From contig CAZZBP010000001.1 of assembly GCA_964652755.1 (NCBI GenBank), positions 10,872-74,871 of the forward strand: DNA of 64,000 nucleotides, written 5' to 3'. The position numbers were made by a program, and so were the translations under genes. Of the stretch, positions 48,131 through 56,978 are shown in pieces (position 1 is the first letter of the stretch; each line of letters opens with the position of its first letter). Under the pieces are notes generated by a model. The model worked only from the letters and a program-made list of their open reading frames with translations. It made no database searches and was not told where the DNA came from. Origin of the DNA: an uncultured Dehalococcoidia bacterium. GTDB lineage: Bacteria; Chloroflexota; Dehalococcoidia; Lucifugimonadales; UBA826.

Positions 48131-50395
48131 ATGGCGCTGACTAGAAGACAGTTTTTAACACTTATGGGAGGTTCCGCTGGAGCAGCGGTATTTTTCCAGG
48201 CGTGTGGGGTTCCTGAAAAGGAGTTGCTCATAGATTCGCCTGTGGAAATGCCTGAAGATCTAGTCTCAGGAACTGATAACTGGTATGCGACGGTGTGCCG
48301 GCAATGCGACACATCAGAAGGGATAGTCGTTAGGGTTATGGAGGGGCGTGCGAAAAAAATAGAAGGAAACGTCGATTATCCGGTCAATTTGGGAAAACAT
48401 GGCCCCCGTTGCGAAGCTGGGCTGCAGAGTCTTTACCACCCAGATCGAATCAGTGCTCCTCTTGTTAGAACAGGGGATCGAGGATCTGGTGAATACAGAG
48501 AGATAAGCTGGGAAGACGCCATCACTCGTCTTACCTCACAGTTGAATGAACTATCTGATTCCGGTGAATCAGATAGGGCTGTACTGGTTACTAACCCCGT
48601 TGGAGGTCATTTAGGCCTAGTAATTCAGAGCTTTACAGAATCGATTGGAATGCGACGATTCGTGCATGAGCCTCTAGAAACCTCAGTGTTACGTAAAGCC
48701 ATTAGTGAGGTCTTTGGTCAAGAATCGATTCCTGATTTTGATATAGATAATTCTGATTATTTACTGTCGTTCGGGGCCGACTTTCTGAGCACTTGGATCT
48801 CGCCCACGAGATATTCCCGTGGATACGGTGAGTTTCGTCAAGGACATGAACGAAAACGGGGCAGACTTGTACATGTGGATTCACGATTTTCCGTTACGGC
48901 TGCAAATGCTGACGAATGGGTCAGGGTAGAGCCCGGCACAGAAGGTATGCTGGCCCTTTCGATAATTCAAGTAATCTCTTCAGAGGGGGATGTTGATAGC
49001 GCAGTGGTTGACAGGCTCACAGGCGAAGACATTTCCTGGCTCAACTCGTACGCTCCTGAAAATGTATCTGCGGAAACAGGGGTAACTGCAGAAACGATCA
49101 GACGGATTTCTATGGAGTTTTCGCACAGCTTGCATCCTCTCGCAATAGGCGGGGGGTCGGCTTCTGCCCACTCCAACGGGCTTGCTGCATTGAAGGCTGT
49201 TTACTCGTTGAATCATATAGCTGGAAATATTGGAGCGAAGGGTGGTGTATTACTCAACCCAGACTCGCCTCTGAAAGGGATTTCTACCGCAGCACCTGGT
49301 AATTCGTTTAATGAGTTCCAGAGGCTTACAGAAGACATGGATTCAGGCAGAGTAAAGATGCTGCTGGTTAGAGGTGCGGATCCTTACTATGGACTTCCAG
49401 AAGTAGCGGCCTTTAAAAGCAGGTCGTCTAATGTTCCACTTATTGTCAGTTTCTCTGGGATGATGGATGACACTACATCGATGGCGGATCTAATCCTTCC
49501 TGAGAATAACTACTTGGAAGACTGGGGCACTGATGTTCCTCTTGCGGGCGTCGGTTACCAGACGATCGGGTTTCAACAGCCCGTAGTGAGGCCATTCTTC
49601 GAGAACAGGGGCGTTAACTTAGGCACAAGAAATTTTGCTGATGTACTCCTTACCGCTGCTCAGGTGATGGAAAAAGATATTGGTCTATCAGGAGACACTT
49701 ACAAAGAAATAATCGTAAATGGAGCCAAGCAATTGTATGACCTCGGTGGAGGATCTGTGATCGCATCTTCGTTTGAGGCTTTCTGGAATGGGATTCTCCA
49801 ACGTGGCGGGTGGTGGGACACTAAGGTCAAGGGGCCGGTTTCTGTTACTCCTGCGCGTCTTGACGGCGTGCCGGCACCTGTGATCAGCGGGAACGGGGAG
49901 TTTTTCCTTCAGCCTTTCGCTTCTGCATCCCTGCTAGACGGCAGGAGTGCATCGCTTCCCTGGATGCAGGCCATGCCAGACCCGATATCTACAGCAACAT
50001 GGCAAACCTGGGTAGAGATTAACCATAGAGTAGCGGAAGAACGGGGAATTAAAGAGGGTGACGTGATTGAAATCAGCTCGGCTAGAGGCACTATCACTGC
50101 CCTGGCCATGCCCAATCCCGCGACTCCTCCTGATACGGTATCAATTCCATTTGGGCAGGGCCATAGAGATGGCGGAAGATACGCTTCAGGCAGGGGTTCA
50201 AATGTGTTGGCGATTCTCGATGCAGTACATGATGAAGGAACTGGATCCCTTGCATGGTCGGCGAACAAGGTGAGTATTAGAGCGACGGGTGACTGGGTCA
50301 GAGTTCCTAAGTTTGAAAACACGGTTTCAGAGTTCCCGAGAGATGAACACAACCACATTATTGAGTTGACGACTGAAATAGAAGACGACCATTGA
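48131..50395 (+). CDS. actB: ACIII subunit ActB1-like, molybdopterin-oxidoreductase-fold protein with Tat signal
   Basis: It has the twin-arginine signal MALTRRQFLTLMGG. The fold is MopB-like and 754 aa long. The N-terminal Cys motif is degenerate (CRQCDTSE...C). Confidence 0.8.
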   Translation: MALTRRQFLTLMGGSAGAAVFFQACGVPEKELLIDSPVEMPEDLVSGTDNWYATVCRQCDTSEGIVVRVMEGRAKKIEGNVDYPVNLGKHGPRCEAGLQSLYHPDRISAPLVRTGDRGSGEYREISWEDAITRLTSQLNELSDSGESDRAVLVTNPVGGHLGLVIQSFTESIGMRRFVHEPLETSVLRKAISEVFGQESIPDFDIDNSDYLLSFGADFLSTWISPTRYSRGYGEFRQGHERKRGRLVHVDSRFSVTAANADEWVRVEPGTEGMLALSIIQVISSEGDVDSAVVDRLTGEDISWLNSYAPENVSAETGVTAETIRRISMEFSHSLHPLAIGGGSASAHSNGLAALKAVYSLNHIAGNIGAKGGVLLNPDSPLKGISTAAPGNSFNEFQRLTEDMDSGRVKMLLVRGADPYYGLPEVAAFKSRSSNVPLIVSFSGMMDDTTSMADLILPENNYLEDWGTDVPLAGVGYQTIGFQQPVVRPFFENRGVNLGTRNFADVLLTAAQVMEKDIGLSGDTYKEIIVNGAKQLYDLGGGSVIASSFEAFWNGILQRGGWWDTKVKGPVSVTPARLDGVPAPVISGNGEFFLQPFASASLLDGRSASLPWMQAMPDPISTATWQTWVEINHRVAEERGIKEGDVIEISSARGTITALAMPNPATPPDTVSIPFGQGHRDGGRYASGRGSNVLAILDAVHDEGTGSLAWSANKVSIRATGDWVRVPKFENTVSEFPRDEHNHIIELTTEIEDDH

Positions 50396-50423
50396 TGTCC
50401 TAATGGTCGGTAGGAGTAAGTAA

Positions 50424-51179
50424 ATGGCTGAGAACGGCCAAGAAAATAGCAAATGGGGAATGGTAGTGGACGTAGACCGATGCACTGGCTGCAACGGATG
50501 CGTGGTGGCATGTCAGTCCGAAAATAACATCCCCATAAATTTGGAAGAACATTTTAACCAACGAAGAGCTATCCAATGGATCAGGGTAGAACGCTATTGG
50601 GAGGGTGAGTATCCTGATGTTAAGGCCAGGTTTATCCCGATAATGTGCCAACATTGTGGCAATGCTCCATGCGAACCCGTATGTCCTGTTTACGCCACGT
50701 ACCACAATGAGGAAGGACTGAATGTCCAGGTATATAACCGTTGTATTGGCACTAGATTCTGTGCCAACGGTTGTCCCTACCATGTCAGATTTTTTAACTT
50801 CTGGGAGCCTCAATGGCCCGATAGTTTAAAGAATCAACTTAATCCCGATGTCACTGTGCGTAGTAGGGGAATTATGGAGAAGTGTAGTTTCTGCATTCAG
50901 AGAATACGTAGGTCAACGAGGGAATCAGAGCGCGACGGTATCGAACTGGAAGACGGTGACAGGGGATTGAACCCTGCATGTGTAAATTCCTGCCCAACGA
51001 GCGCTCTTACATTCGGTGATTTTAATGATGAGGACAGCCAGGTTTCCCACATGAAGTCAGACGCTATGTCAGGTGAACATGGGAGAGGTTACCGCCTCAT
51101 GGATAACCTCGGGACTGAGACTAACGTGATTTATCTTAAGAAAGTTGATGATTCTGTAGGAGCCGTGCATGGCCACTGA
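50424..51179 (+). CDS. actB: ACIII subunit ActB2-like, 4Fe-4S ferredoxin-type iron-sulfur protein (PsrB/NrfC-like)
   Basis: The cluster motifs are CTGCNGCVVAC, CQHCGNAPCEPVCP, CIGTRFCANGCP and CSFC...CVNSCP. Confidence 0.85.
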   Translation: MAENGQENSKWGMVVDVDRCTGCNGCVVACQSENNIPINLEEHFNQRRAIQWIRVERYWEGEYPDVKARFIPIMCQHCGNAPCEPVCPVYATYHNEEGLNVQVYNRCIGTRFCANGCPYHVRFFNFWEPQWPDSLKNQLNPDVTVRSRGIMEKCSFCIQRIRRSTRESERDGIELEDGDRGLNPACVNSCPTSALTFGDFNDEDSQVSHMKSDAMSGEHGRGYRLMDNLGTETNVIYLKKVDDSVGAVHGH

Positions 51180-52641
51180 TGCGGCTAAAGCTGATCAATA
51201 CGAGGTAGTGGAGCAGCCCTACGCGGAAACCGATAATTCAGTCGAGACAAGAAAGGCTGCCTCTGACAAATTACTCGGCATTCATAAAATCACCTCAAAT
51301 CGGTTCTGGCAGTTCGCCGTACTAACTGGGATCATGTTTGTGTTTGGGATAGTTGGCCTTGCGATGAGGCTAAACTCGGGATTTGATGATAGGGGTGCGT
51401 GGGGATATTACGTAGCGATCTTTTCTTTTCTCATGACGACGACGGCCGCCGCTCCCATGGTAGCAATTGCACCACGAATTGCGAATGCCCACTGGCGAAG
51501 ACCAATATCAAGGGCAGCGGAGATATGGACTCTCGCCGGGTGCCTTAATCTAATTCTGTACATTCCTCTTATATGGCTTCTGCCTAGTTTGGAGAATGGT
51601 AGGCGCAGCCTCTGGTTTTATGGGCAACAGGGAAGCAAAGGAGATTTTTGGACTGGCTTCGAGTCGGTGCCGGCATACTCGCCACATATTTGGGCGACAT
51701 TGGCCATCGTTGCCTTGATTTTATTGGGCTTAGCCCTTGTTTGGTTGTCTTGCCTGCCAGACTTCGCTGTCTTAAGGGAACAAGGTGAAGGCTGGAGGAA
51801 AAAATGGGGTAGGAAGTTGTCTCTAGGTTGGGTAGGGTCAACAGCTCAATGGAACTGGCAATATCACAGAATGGGCATAGTAGGTGCTTTATATTTTATG
51901 ATGCTGGTGTTTGTACATTTTCTAATAAGCGTGGAATTCCTTATGGTTCATGTGCCTGGATGGATAGATTCTCTTTACCCGATAACCCATGCCCATAATG
52001 CACTTCAGGCCGGAGTGGCTACTGTAATGCTCACCATATTCTGTCTGAGACAGTTTGGGGGATATAAAGATTATATTGGTCTCGATCAGATGTGGGGACT
52101 CGGCAAGTTGATGCTGGCTTTGTCTCTTCTTTGGTTCTGGTTCTGGTTCTCCAGCTTCAACATTTACTGGTATGGGAAAAAACCCTCCGAATTATCAGTT
52201 TTAGAGCTGTTAGTTAAAGGGCCGTACAGGGAAATTTTTATAGCAGAATTCTTATTAGTATTCATTATCCCCTGGTTCACCTTGATCTGGAATCCCATAA
52301 GGCGCAGTGTTTGGGGTCCCACGATAATTGCTGTCTCAATACTATGTGGAACACTTTTGGATAGGATTCGCTTGTATGTTGGGGCTTGGGATGTCGCGGG
52401 AAGAGATTTCGCGAGTATGCTTCAAATGGAACTAAGCGAGGTTCCAGAAAAGATACCAACTCCGGACATTGCCGATATGTTTTTGATTGTCGGTTTTATC
52501 GGGGGTTCCATATTTTTATTCATGATGGCTACAAGGTTATTGCCAGCAATTAATATATGGGAGCAGAAAGAACTCCTTTTGTACAAAGCAGAAATTCAAT
52601 ACCACAGAACAAAGGTCACGGTGTTGGGGAAGTCTAGATAA
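51169..52641 (+). CDS. NrfD/PsrC-like polytopic membrane subunit, ActF-like paralogue of ActC
   Basis: A 490-aa polytopic protein. It shares WG.Y/F....F.F and WRRP[IV][ST]RAAE with the next gene but is more divergent. It overlaps the end of actB2 by 11 nt. Confidence 0.7.
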   Translation: MATDAAKADQYEVVEQPYAETDNSVETRKAASDKLLGIHKITSNRFWQFAVLTGIMFVFGIVGLAMRLNSGFDDRGAWGYYVAIFSFLMTTTAAAPMVAIAPRIANAHWRRPISRAAEIWTLAGCLNLILYIPLIWLLPSLENGRRSLWFYGQQGSKGDFWTGFESVPAYSPHIWATLAIVALILLGLALVWLSCLPDFAVLREQGEGWRKKWGRKLSLGWVGSTAQWNWQYHRMGIVGALYFMMLVFVHFLISVEFLMVHVPGWIDSLYPITHAHNALQAGVATVMLTIFCLRQFGGYKDYIGLDQMWGLGKLMLALSLLWFWFWFSSFNIYWYGKKPSELSVLELLVKGPYREIFIAEFLLVFIIPWFTLIWNPIRRSVWGPTIIAVSILCGTLLDRIRLYVGAWDVAGRDFASMLQMELSEVPEKIPTPDIADMFLIVGFIGGSIFLFMMATRLLPAINIWEQKELLLYKAEIQYHRTKVTVLGKSR

Positions 52642-52709
52642 TCAGAACTGTTAGAGAAACGAATAACCGCCAGTTCAAATACTGTGCAAAGAAGAATAAG
52701 AATATATAG

Positions 52710-54119
52710 ATGCAAGAACACGAACAACTTAGCCAGAAACAGATCAATGACGATCTGCTAAGGGACGTCCTAACCGTACCGAAATGGTGGCTGCCCGCAG
52801 TTACTTTCCTCGCAATAATAGTTGCTACAGGACTTGGGGCATTCAGTTTCATGGTTTATCACGGTGTCGGGGTAACCGGTCTCAACAGGCCGGTTATGTG
52901 GGGATTTTTTATCGCCAACTTTGTTTTCTGGATTGGTATTAGCCACGCGGGTATTATGATCTCAGCCATTCTTCGCCTAACTCAGGCTGAATGGAGGCGC
53001 CCGGTTACCCGTGCGGCGGAGGTGATGACGGTTTTTTCTCTGGTAGCCGCTCTTCACACACCTTTATTTCACGTCGGCAGGCCATGGAGAGTTCTTTATT
53101 GGATCTTTCCCTATGATTTTGACAGAGGGATTTGGCCCAATATTAGATCTCCATTTGTGTGGGATCCGAGCGCTGTTGGGACTTATCTTATTGCAAGTAC
53201 CCTGTTTGTTTTAGTATGTCTTTTGCCGGATGTAGCCATTCTCAGAGACCGATCGAAGAACGCTATCATGAAGAAAATATATGCTTTCTGGTGTTTGGGA
53301 TTTAGAGGGACACCTCGTCAGTGGAAGCTACAAACGGTGGCGGGTATCCTCCTGTCTGCTTTAGTACTTCCAGTATTTGTGTCGGTGCATTCCATAGTTT
53401 CCTGGGACTTTGCGGTACTTATCGGTGTAGAAGGATGGCACTCAACCATATTTGCACCCTATTTCATTATAGGAGCCATCCACTCCGGAGTTTCAGCCGT
53501 GGCGATGCTGATGGCTCTTGCGGTCTGGCTGTATAAATTAGATAAGTACATCAAACCAGATCATTTCGATGCGATAGCGAGACTATTAATTGTCGTGGCG
53601 ACCACGTGGTTCTTTTTCTTCTTTTTGGAATGGGTATATGCCTTGTACACACTCGAGGCTCCTGAGATTGCGCTTAGAGAGCTGCAGGTATTCCAGCAAC
53701 CTTACGGACCATTGTTCGCACTATTCATAATTCTTTCTTTCGTGATTCCAGTGCCTATATGGCTTTTCAAGAGGTTCCGGAGAAGTGCTGTGATCATGTT
53801 CTGGACAACTATCTTGGTAAACATAGGTATGTGGTTGGAAAGATTTCTCATAGTCATACCTGGTCTGGCAAGAAGGAGCCACATGACATTTGATTGGGGA
53901 ACATACCATCCCTCTATTATTGAGATACTCATCGTTGTAGAGACGTTTGCATTTGTTGCATTAGGGATGCTGCTTTTTGCAAAGGTGTTTCCTCTGATAC
54001 CACTGTTTGATATCAAGGAAGGTATGGTTTTCCGACATGTGGTAAAGGTTGGGCGAAAGACGATACCTGCATCGATCAGGGAAGGTCTTCCACATCACTA
54101 TTATGAAAAGAATCAATAA
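52710..54119 (+). CDS. actC: ACIII subunit ActC (NrfD-like quinol-interacting membrane subunit)
   Basis: GLNRPVMWGFFIANFVFWIGISHAGIMISAILRL....WRRPVTRAAEVMTVF...H.GRPW matches my recollection of the ActC signature. It directly precedes actD. Confidence 0.78.
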   Translation: MQEHEQLSQKQINDDLLRDVLTVPKWWLPAVTFLAIIVATGLGAFSFMVYHGVGVTGLNRPVMWGFFIANFVFWIGISHAGIMISAILRLTQAEWRRPVTRAAEVMTVFSLVAALHTPLFHVGRPWRVLYWIFPYDFDRGIWPNIRSPFVWDPSAVGTYLIASTLFVLVCLLPDVAILRDRSKNAIMKKIYAFWCLGFRGTPRQWKLQTVAGILLSALVLPVFVSVHSIVSWDFAVLIGVEGWHSTIFAPYFIIGAIHSGVSAVAMLMALAVWLYKLDKYIKPDHFDAIARLLIVVATTWFFFFFLEWVYALYTLEAPEIALRELQVFQQPYGPLFALFIILSFVIPVPIWLFKRFRRSAVIMFWTTILVNIGMWLERFLIVIPGLARRSHMTFDWGTYHPSIIEILIVVETFAFVALGMLLFAKVFPLIPLFDIKEGMVFRHVVKVGRKTIPASIREGLPHHYYEKNQ

Positions 54120-54140
54120 AAGAGCAGCTTAAAAGGATCT

Positions 54141-54659
54141 GTGATGGCAAAGAGAAGTGTATTGGGACTCTATACTGAGGAAGACTCAGCGGCTGACGCA
54201 CTAGACAATTTGAGAGAGGCTGGTTTCGACGAAGGAGAATATGAAATCCTTACAGGAACACCTTACCCTGAAGGTACTTTTGGGGAGGCAGAACCTCAGC
54301 ATCACCTGTATCGCTGGCCATTAATTGGTGCGGCTTGCGGGTTTACAGGTGGTTTGATAATAACTGCAGGTACTCAGTTGGCTTATCCGTTAATCACAGG
54401 AGGGAAGCCCATACTGTCCATTCCACCAATGGCTATCATCATGTATGAAGGCACCATGCTTGGAGCCATAATATTTACCATAATAGGTATCATTTTTGAG
54501 TCCAGATTGCCCAGAATATTTATGGGTGCCTACAGCGAAAAGATCACTGAAGGTCATATTGGTGTCACTGTTACAACAGAGGAAGGTCGTACGGGAGATG
54601 CTGAGGAGGCTCTTAAGAAAGCCGGTGCTGAAGATGACATTATCAGAGGATGGGAATAA
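54141..54659 (+). CDS. actD: ACIII subunit ActD (DUF3341-type membrane protein)
   Basis: It has an N-terminal soluble domain (GLYTEEDSAADALDNLREAGF) followed by 2 TM segments. The size and position are typical. Confidence 0.75.
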   Translation: MMAKRSVLGLYTEEDSAADALDNLREAGFDEGEYEILTGTPYPEGTFGEAEPQHHLYRWPLIGAACGFTGGLIITAGTQLAYPLITGGKPILSIPPMAIIMYEGTMLGAIIFTIIGIIFESRLPRIFMGAYSEKITEGHIGVTVTTEEGRTGDAEEALKKAGAEDDIIRGWE

Positions 54660-54696
54660 GAAAAGAGTATTTCTGAATGAGTTTTAGGCGATTTTT

Positions 54697-55362
54697 ATGA
54701 AGGTTAATAAATTCACGGTATGTATCTTTGGGGCGCTGGTGATGGCAGCGGTTTCAACTGGTTGTTACAACTCCAGAACCGGTGAGGTTAATTTTGGGGG
54801 CGCTATCCACTTTGAATTACCTGCGTTTCCTCAGACAGGTTCCCATGCGGTTCAGGTCTTTTCAGAGATGCATTTCTCGCCTGCCTATCGCTCACAAGAG
54901 GTGCCACGTCTCCTTCCTCCCGATGGCTCGGTACCTGTGACAGGCGCTGAAATTAAGCGATTGGATGTCGAACAATTTAAGGAGCTAAGCTTAACGCAAG
55001 ATGCTCTGTCAGCATACGACGATGGGCGTGCGACCCGCCTGTACCAAGTCAATTGCCAGGTTTGCCATGGTAGCAATCTAGATGGTGCAGGCCCGATTAC
55101 GACGCTTAAGAGTTCAAGAAATGATGGGTCTAACGCTTTGAATAAAGGCTCAATGCCTGTTGACCTCAATTCAGAGAGAGTTAGGACTCTCAGTGACGGT
55201 GAGATATTTGGATACATCACATGGGGTGGTAGAGCCGGTTTATCTGCCGCTTCTCGCGATAAGAGGTCACCGGCGATCATGCCTCAATTTAGTAAGTTAT
55301 TATCGGAAGAGGAACGGTGGGAACTTGTTTGGTTTCTACGACAGAGAATAGGTGCTGAGTGA
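54697..55362 (+). CDS. actE: ACIII subunit ActE, monohaem cytochrome c lipoprotein
   Basis: The signal peptide ends in the lipobox-like STGC. It has a single CQVCHG haem motif and a distal Met in MPQF. Confidence 0.78.
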   Translation: MKVNKFTVCIFGALVMAAVSTGCYNSRTGEVNFGGAIHFELPAFPQTGSHAVQVFSEMHFSPAYRSQEVPRLLPPDGSVPVTGAEIKRLDVEQFKELSLTQDALSAYDDGRATRLYQVNCQVCHGSNLDGAGPITTLKSSRNDGSNALNKGSMPVDLNSERVRTLSDGEIFGYITWGGRAGLSAASRDKRSPAIMPQFSKLLSEEERWELVWFLRQRIGAE

Positions 55363-55449
55363 GTGACTACAAGGAAATAGTCACCAACCGCCGAATACTT
55401 CTGAAATTGAGCCACGGCGTTGAACCCTTTTGAATCGTACTAGAATCCC

Positions 55450-56376
55450 TTAGATGCGCCCGACGAGATGCTTGAGGAGGGCTCTGCTTCTAGCTACGGA
55501 AGCCACTGGATCTAAACCTACAGGATAAATTTGGGCTGCAATTTCTGTAGCACCTGCTGCCGCAAAACCCCTGAGTTTCTCCTCAACCTCAGCTTCGTCA
55601 CCGATAATGGCCATTTCGGCGGGACTTTCTACACCCTCAATGTGCAACATTGCTCTGTAGCTGGGGAGGTCACCGTATCTCTCGAAATGCTCCGATGCCT
55701 TCTTGAAAGCAGCAGGTTTGTCATCTGAGACTGCTAACGGTACGGCCACTACGATACGAGGGCTATCCTTACCAGCTTCTGTTGCTGCCTTCTGAATCTT
55801 GGGAACGATATGAGTTCTAACGGTTTCTGGTCCGGCCATCCAGGTTATGGTACCGTCGGCAATTCGCCCTGCTGTTCGGAGCATTCGAGGCCCGAGCGCT
55901 GCGATTAATATAGGGAGATGGTGCTGATCACTTCCGGTGAATTTTGTGGTTGCGCTAAAGATTTCCCCTTCATAATCGACGGAACCTTTGGCGGTGAGGG
56001 CCCGGACTATTTCTAAGTACTCTTGCATGTGAAGAGCAGGTCTGTGGAATTTCATACCAAATCGATTTTCAACGACAGGTTTGTGTGAGACCCCCATACC
56101 TAAATTAAACCGACCGCGAGTTGCTGACGAAGTAGTTATTGCCTGCTGTGCCATGGCAATAGGATGCCTTAGAAACGTGGGGGTTACAGCTGTTCCCATT
56201 TGTATTTTAGTGGTAATTTTCCCGGCCAAGCTAAATATGGTCATTATGTCCGCGTCCATAATGTGAGCGGCCCAAAAACTATCGAATCCATCCTGTTCCG
56301 CTTCTAACACCTGTTGAACTTGGCCCGACACGGTGCCCGCTGACCCAATAGAACCTATGAATAAACCTATTTTCAC
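55450..56376 (-). CDS. luciferase-like monooxygenase (LLM) family oxidoreductase, probably F420- or flavin-dependent
   Basis: A TIM-barrel LLM sequence (GFDSFW, GTAVTPTFLRHP, RF.LG.GVSH). The cofactor cannot be assigned from the sequence alone. Confidence 0.75.
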   Translation of the reverse strand: MKIGLFIGSIGSAGTVSGQVQQVLEAEQDGFDSFWAAHIMDADIMTIFSLAGKITTKIQMGTAVTPTFLRHPIAMAQQAITTSSATRGRFNLGMGVSHKPVVENRFGMKFHRPALHMQEYLEIVRALTAKGSVDYEGEIFSATTKFTGSDQHHLPILIAALGPRMLRTAGRIADGTITWMAGPETVRTHIVPKIQKAATEAGKDSPRIVVAVPLAVSDDKPAAFKKASEHFERYGDLPSYRAMLHIEGVESPAEMAIIGDEAEVEEKLRGFAAAGATEIAAQIYPVGLDPVASVARSRALLKHLVGRI

Positions 56377-56407
56377 AGTAGACTTCCTGTATATCTTATT
56401 CTGGACT

Positions 56408-56833
56408 TCATTTCTTGATGCGAGTTAGTCTTGGTAGAAGGTTTCCTTTCTCGCTTTCTCCGATAACAGACGCTACTGCAAAATTCTTAGAATGAGAGAG
56501 AGACAATGCAAGGTGATCGAGACCTATCTGCTCTGCTCGGAGACGTGCCCTTCCGTGAAGTTCTATGTACGGTGCCTGTCCTCTTTGACGTCTGATTTCT
56601 ATGTCCTTCCAGCCGACACCTCTGATTCCTGTACCAAGGGCCTTCATAACTGCTTCTTTAGCGGCGAACCGACTAGCCAATTGAGGGTGTCTACCTCGGC
56701 AATACTGCCGCTCCTCCTTTGTGTAGATACGCTCCAAAAAACGGGGACCGTAAGTTATCGCAACCCTTCCGATTCTTTCAATCTCGATTATATCCACACC
56801 GGTTATTAGCATTGGTAGTACTCTCCAATTCAA
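56408..56833 (-). CDS. acpS: holo-[acyl-carrier-protein] synthase
   Basis: The motifs GVDIIEIERI and FAAKEAVMKALG are present, along with SLSHSKNFAVA. The start is possibly the internal Met at 56812. Confidence 0.88.
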   Translation of the reverse strand: MNWRVLPMLITGVDIIEIERIGRVAITYGPRFLERIYTKEERQYCRGRHPQLASRFAAKEAVMKALGTGIRGVGWKDIEIRRQRGQAPYIELHGRARLRAEQIGLDHLALSLSHSKNFAVASVIGESEKGNLLPRLTRIKK

Positions 56834-56978
56834 TCTCGATTATACCTGTCGTATAAAGTGGGATGGCAGTAAGCCTTTGATATATTTACTGGGTATAATG
56901 ACAGTTCCGACGGTATACCGTTCAGCGTAATTATGTCAGAGGAAGTCGCAAACATACTTTTACTGGAGGATTTGAGGG

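Noticed and set aside
49909-50511. 200-aa minus-strand ORF spanning the actB1/actB2 junction
   Set aside because: It is antisense to two well-supported genes, crosses their intergenic gap, and has neither motif nor RBS.
52132-52149. Tandem hexanucleotide (TGGTTC)x3 inside the ActF-like gene
   Set aside because: It encodes WFWFWF within a transmembrane segment. It is in frame and short, and is most simply a consequence of the peptide sequence rather than a functional DNA repeat.
55363-55384. Hairpin GTGACTA-N8-TAGTCAC right after actE
   Set aside because: The stem is only 7 bp and AT-containing, with no U-tract. That is insufficient to call a terminator.
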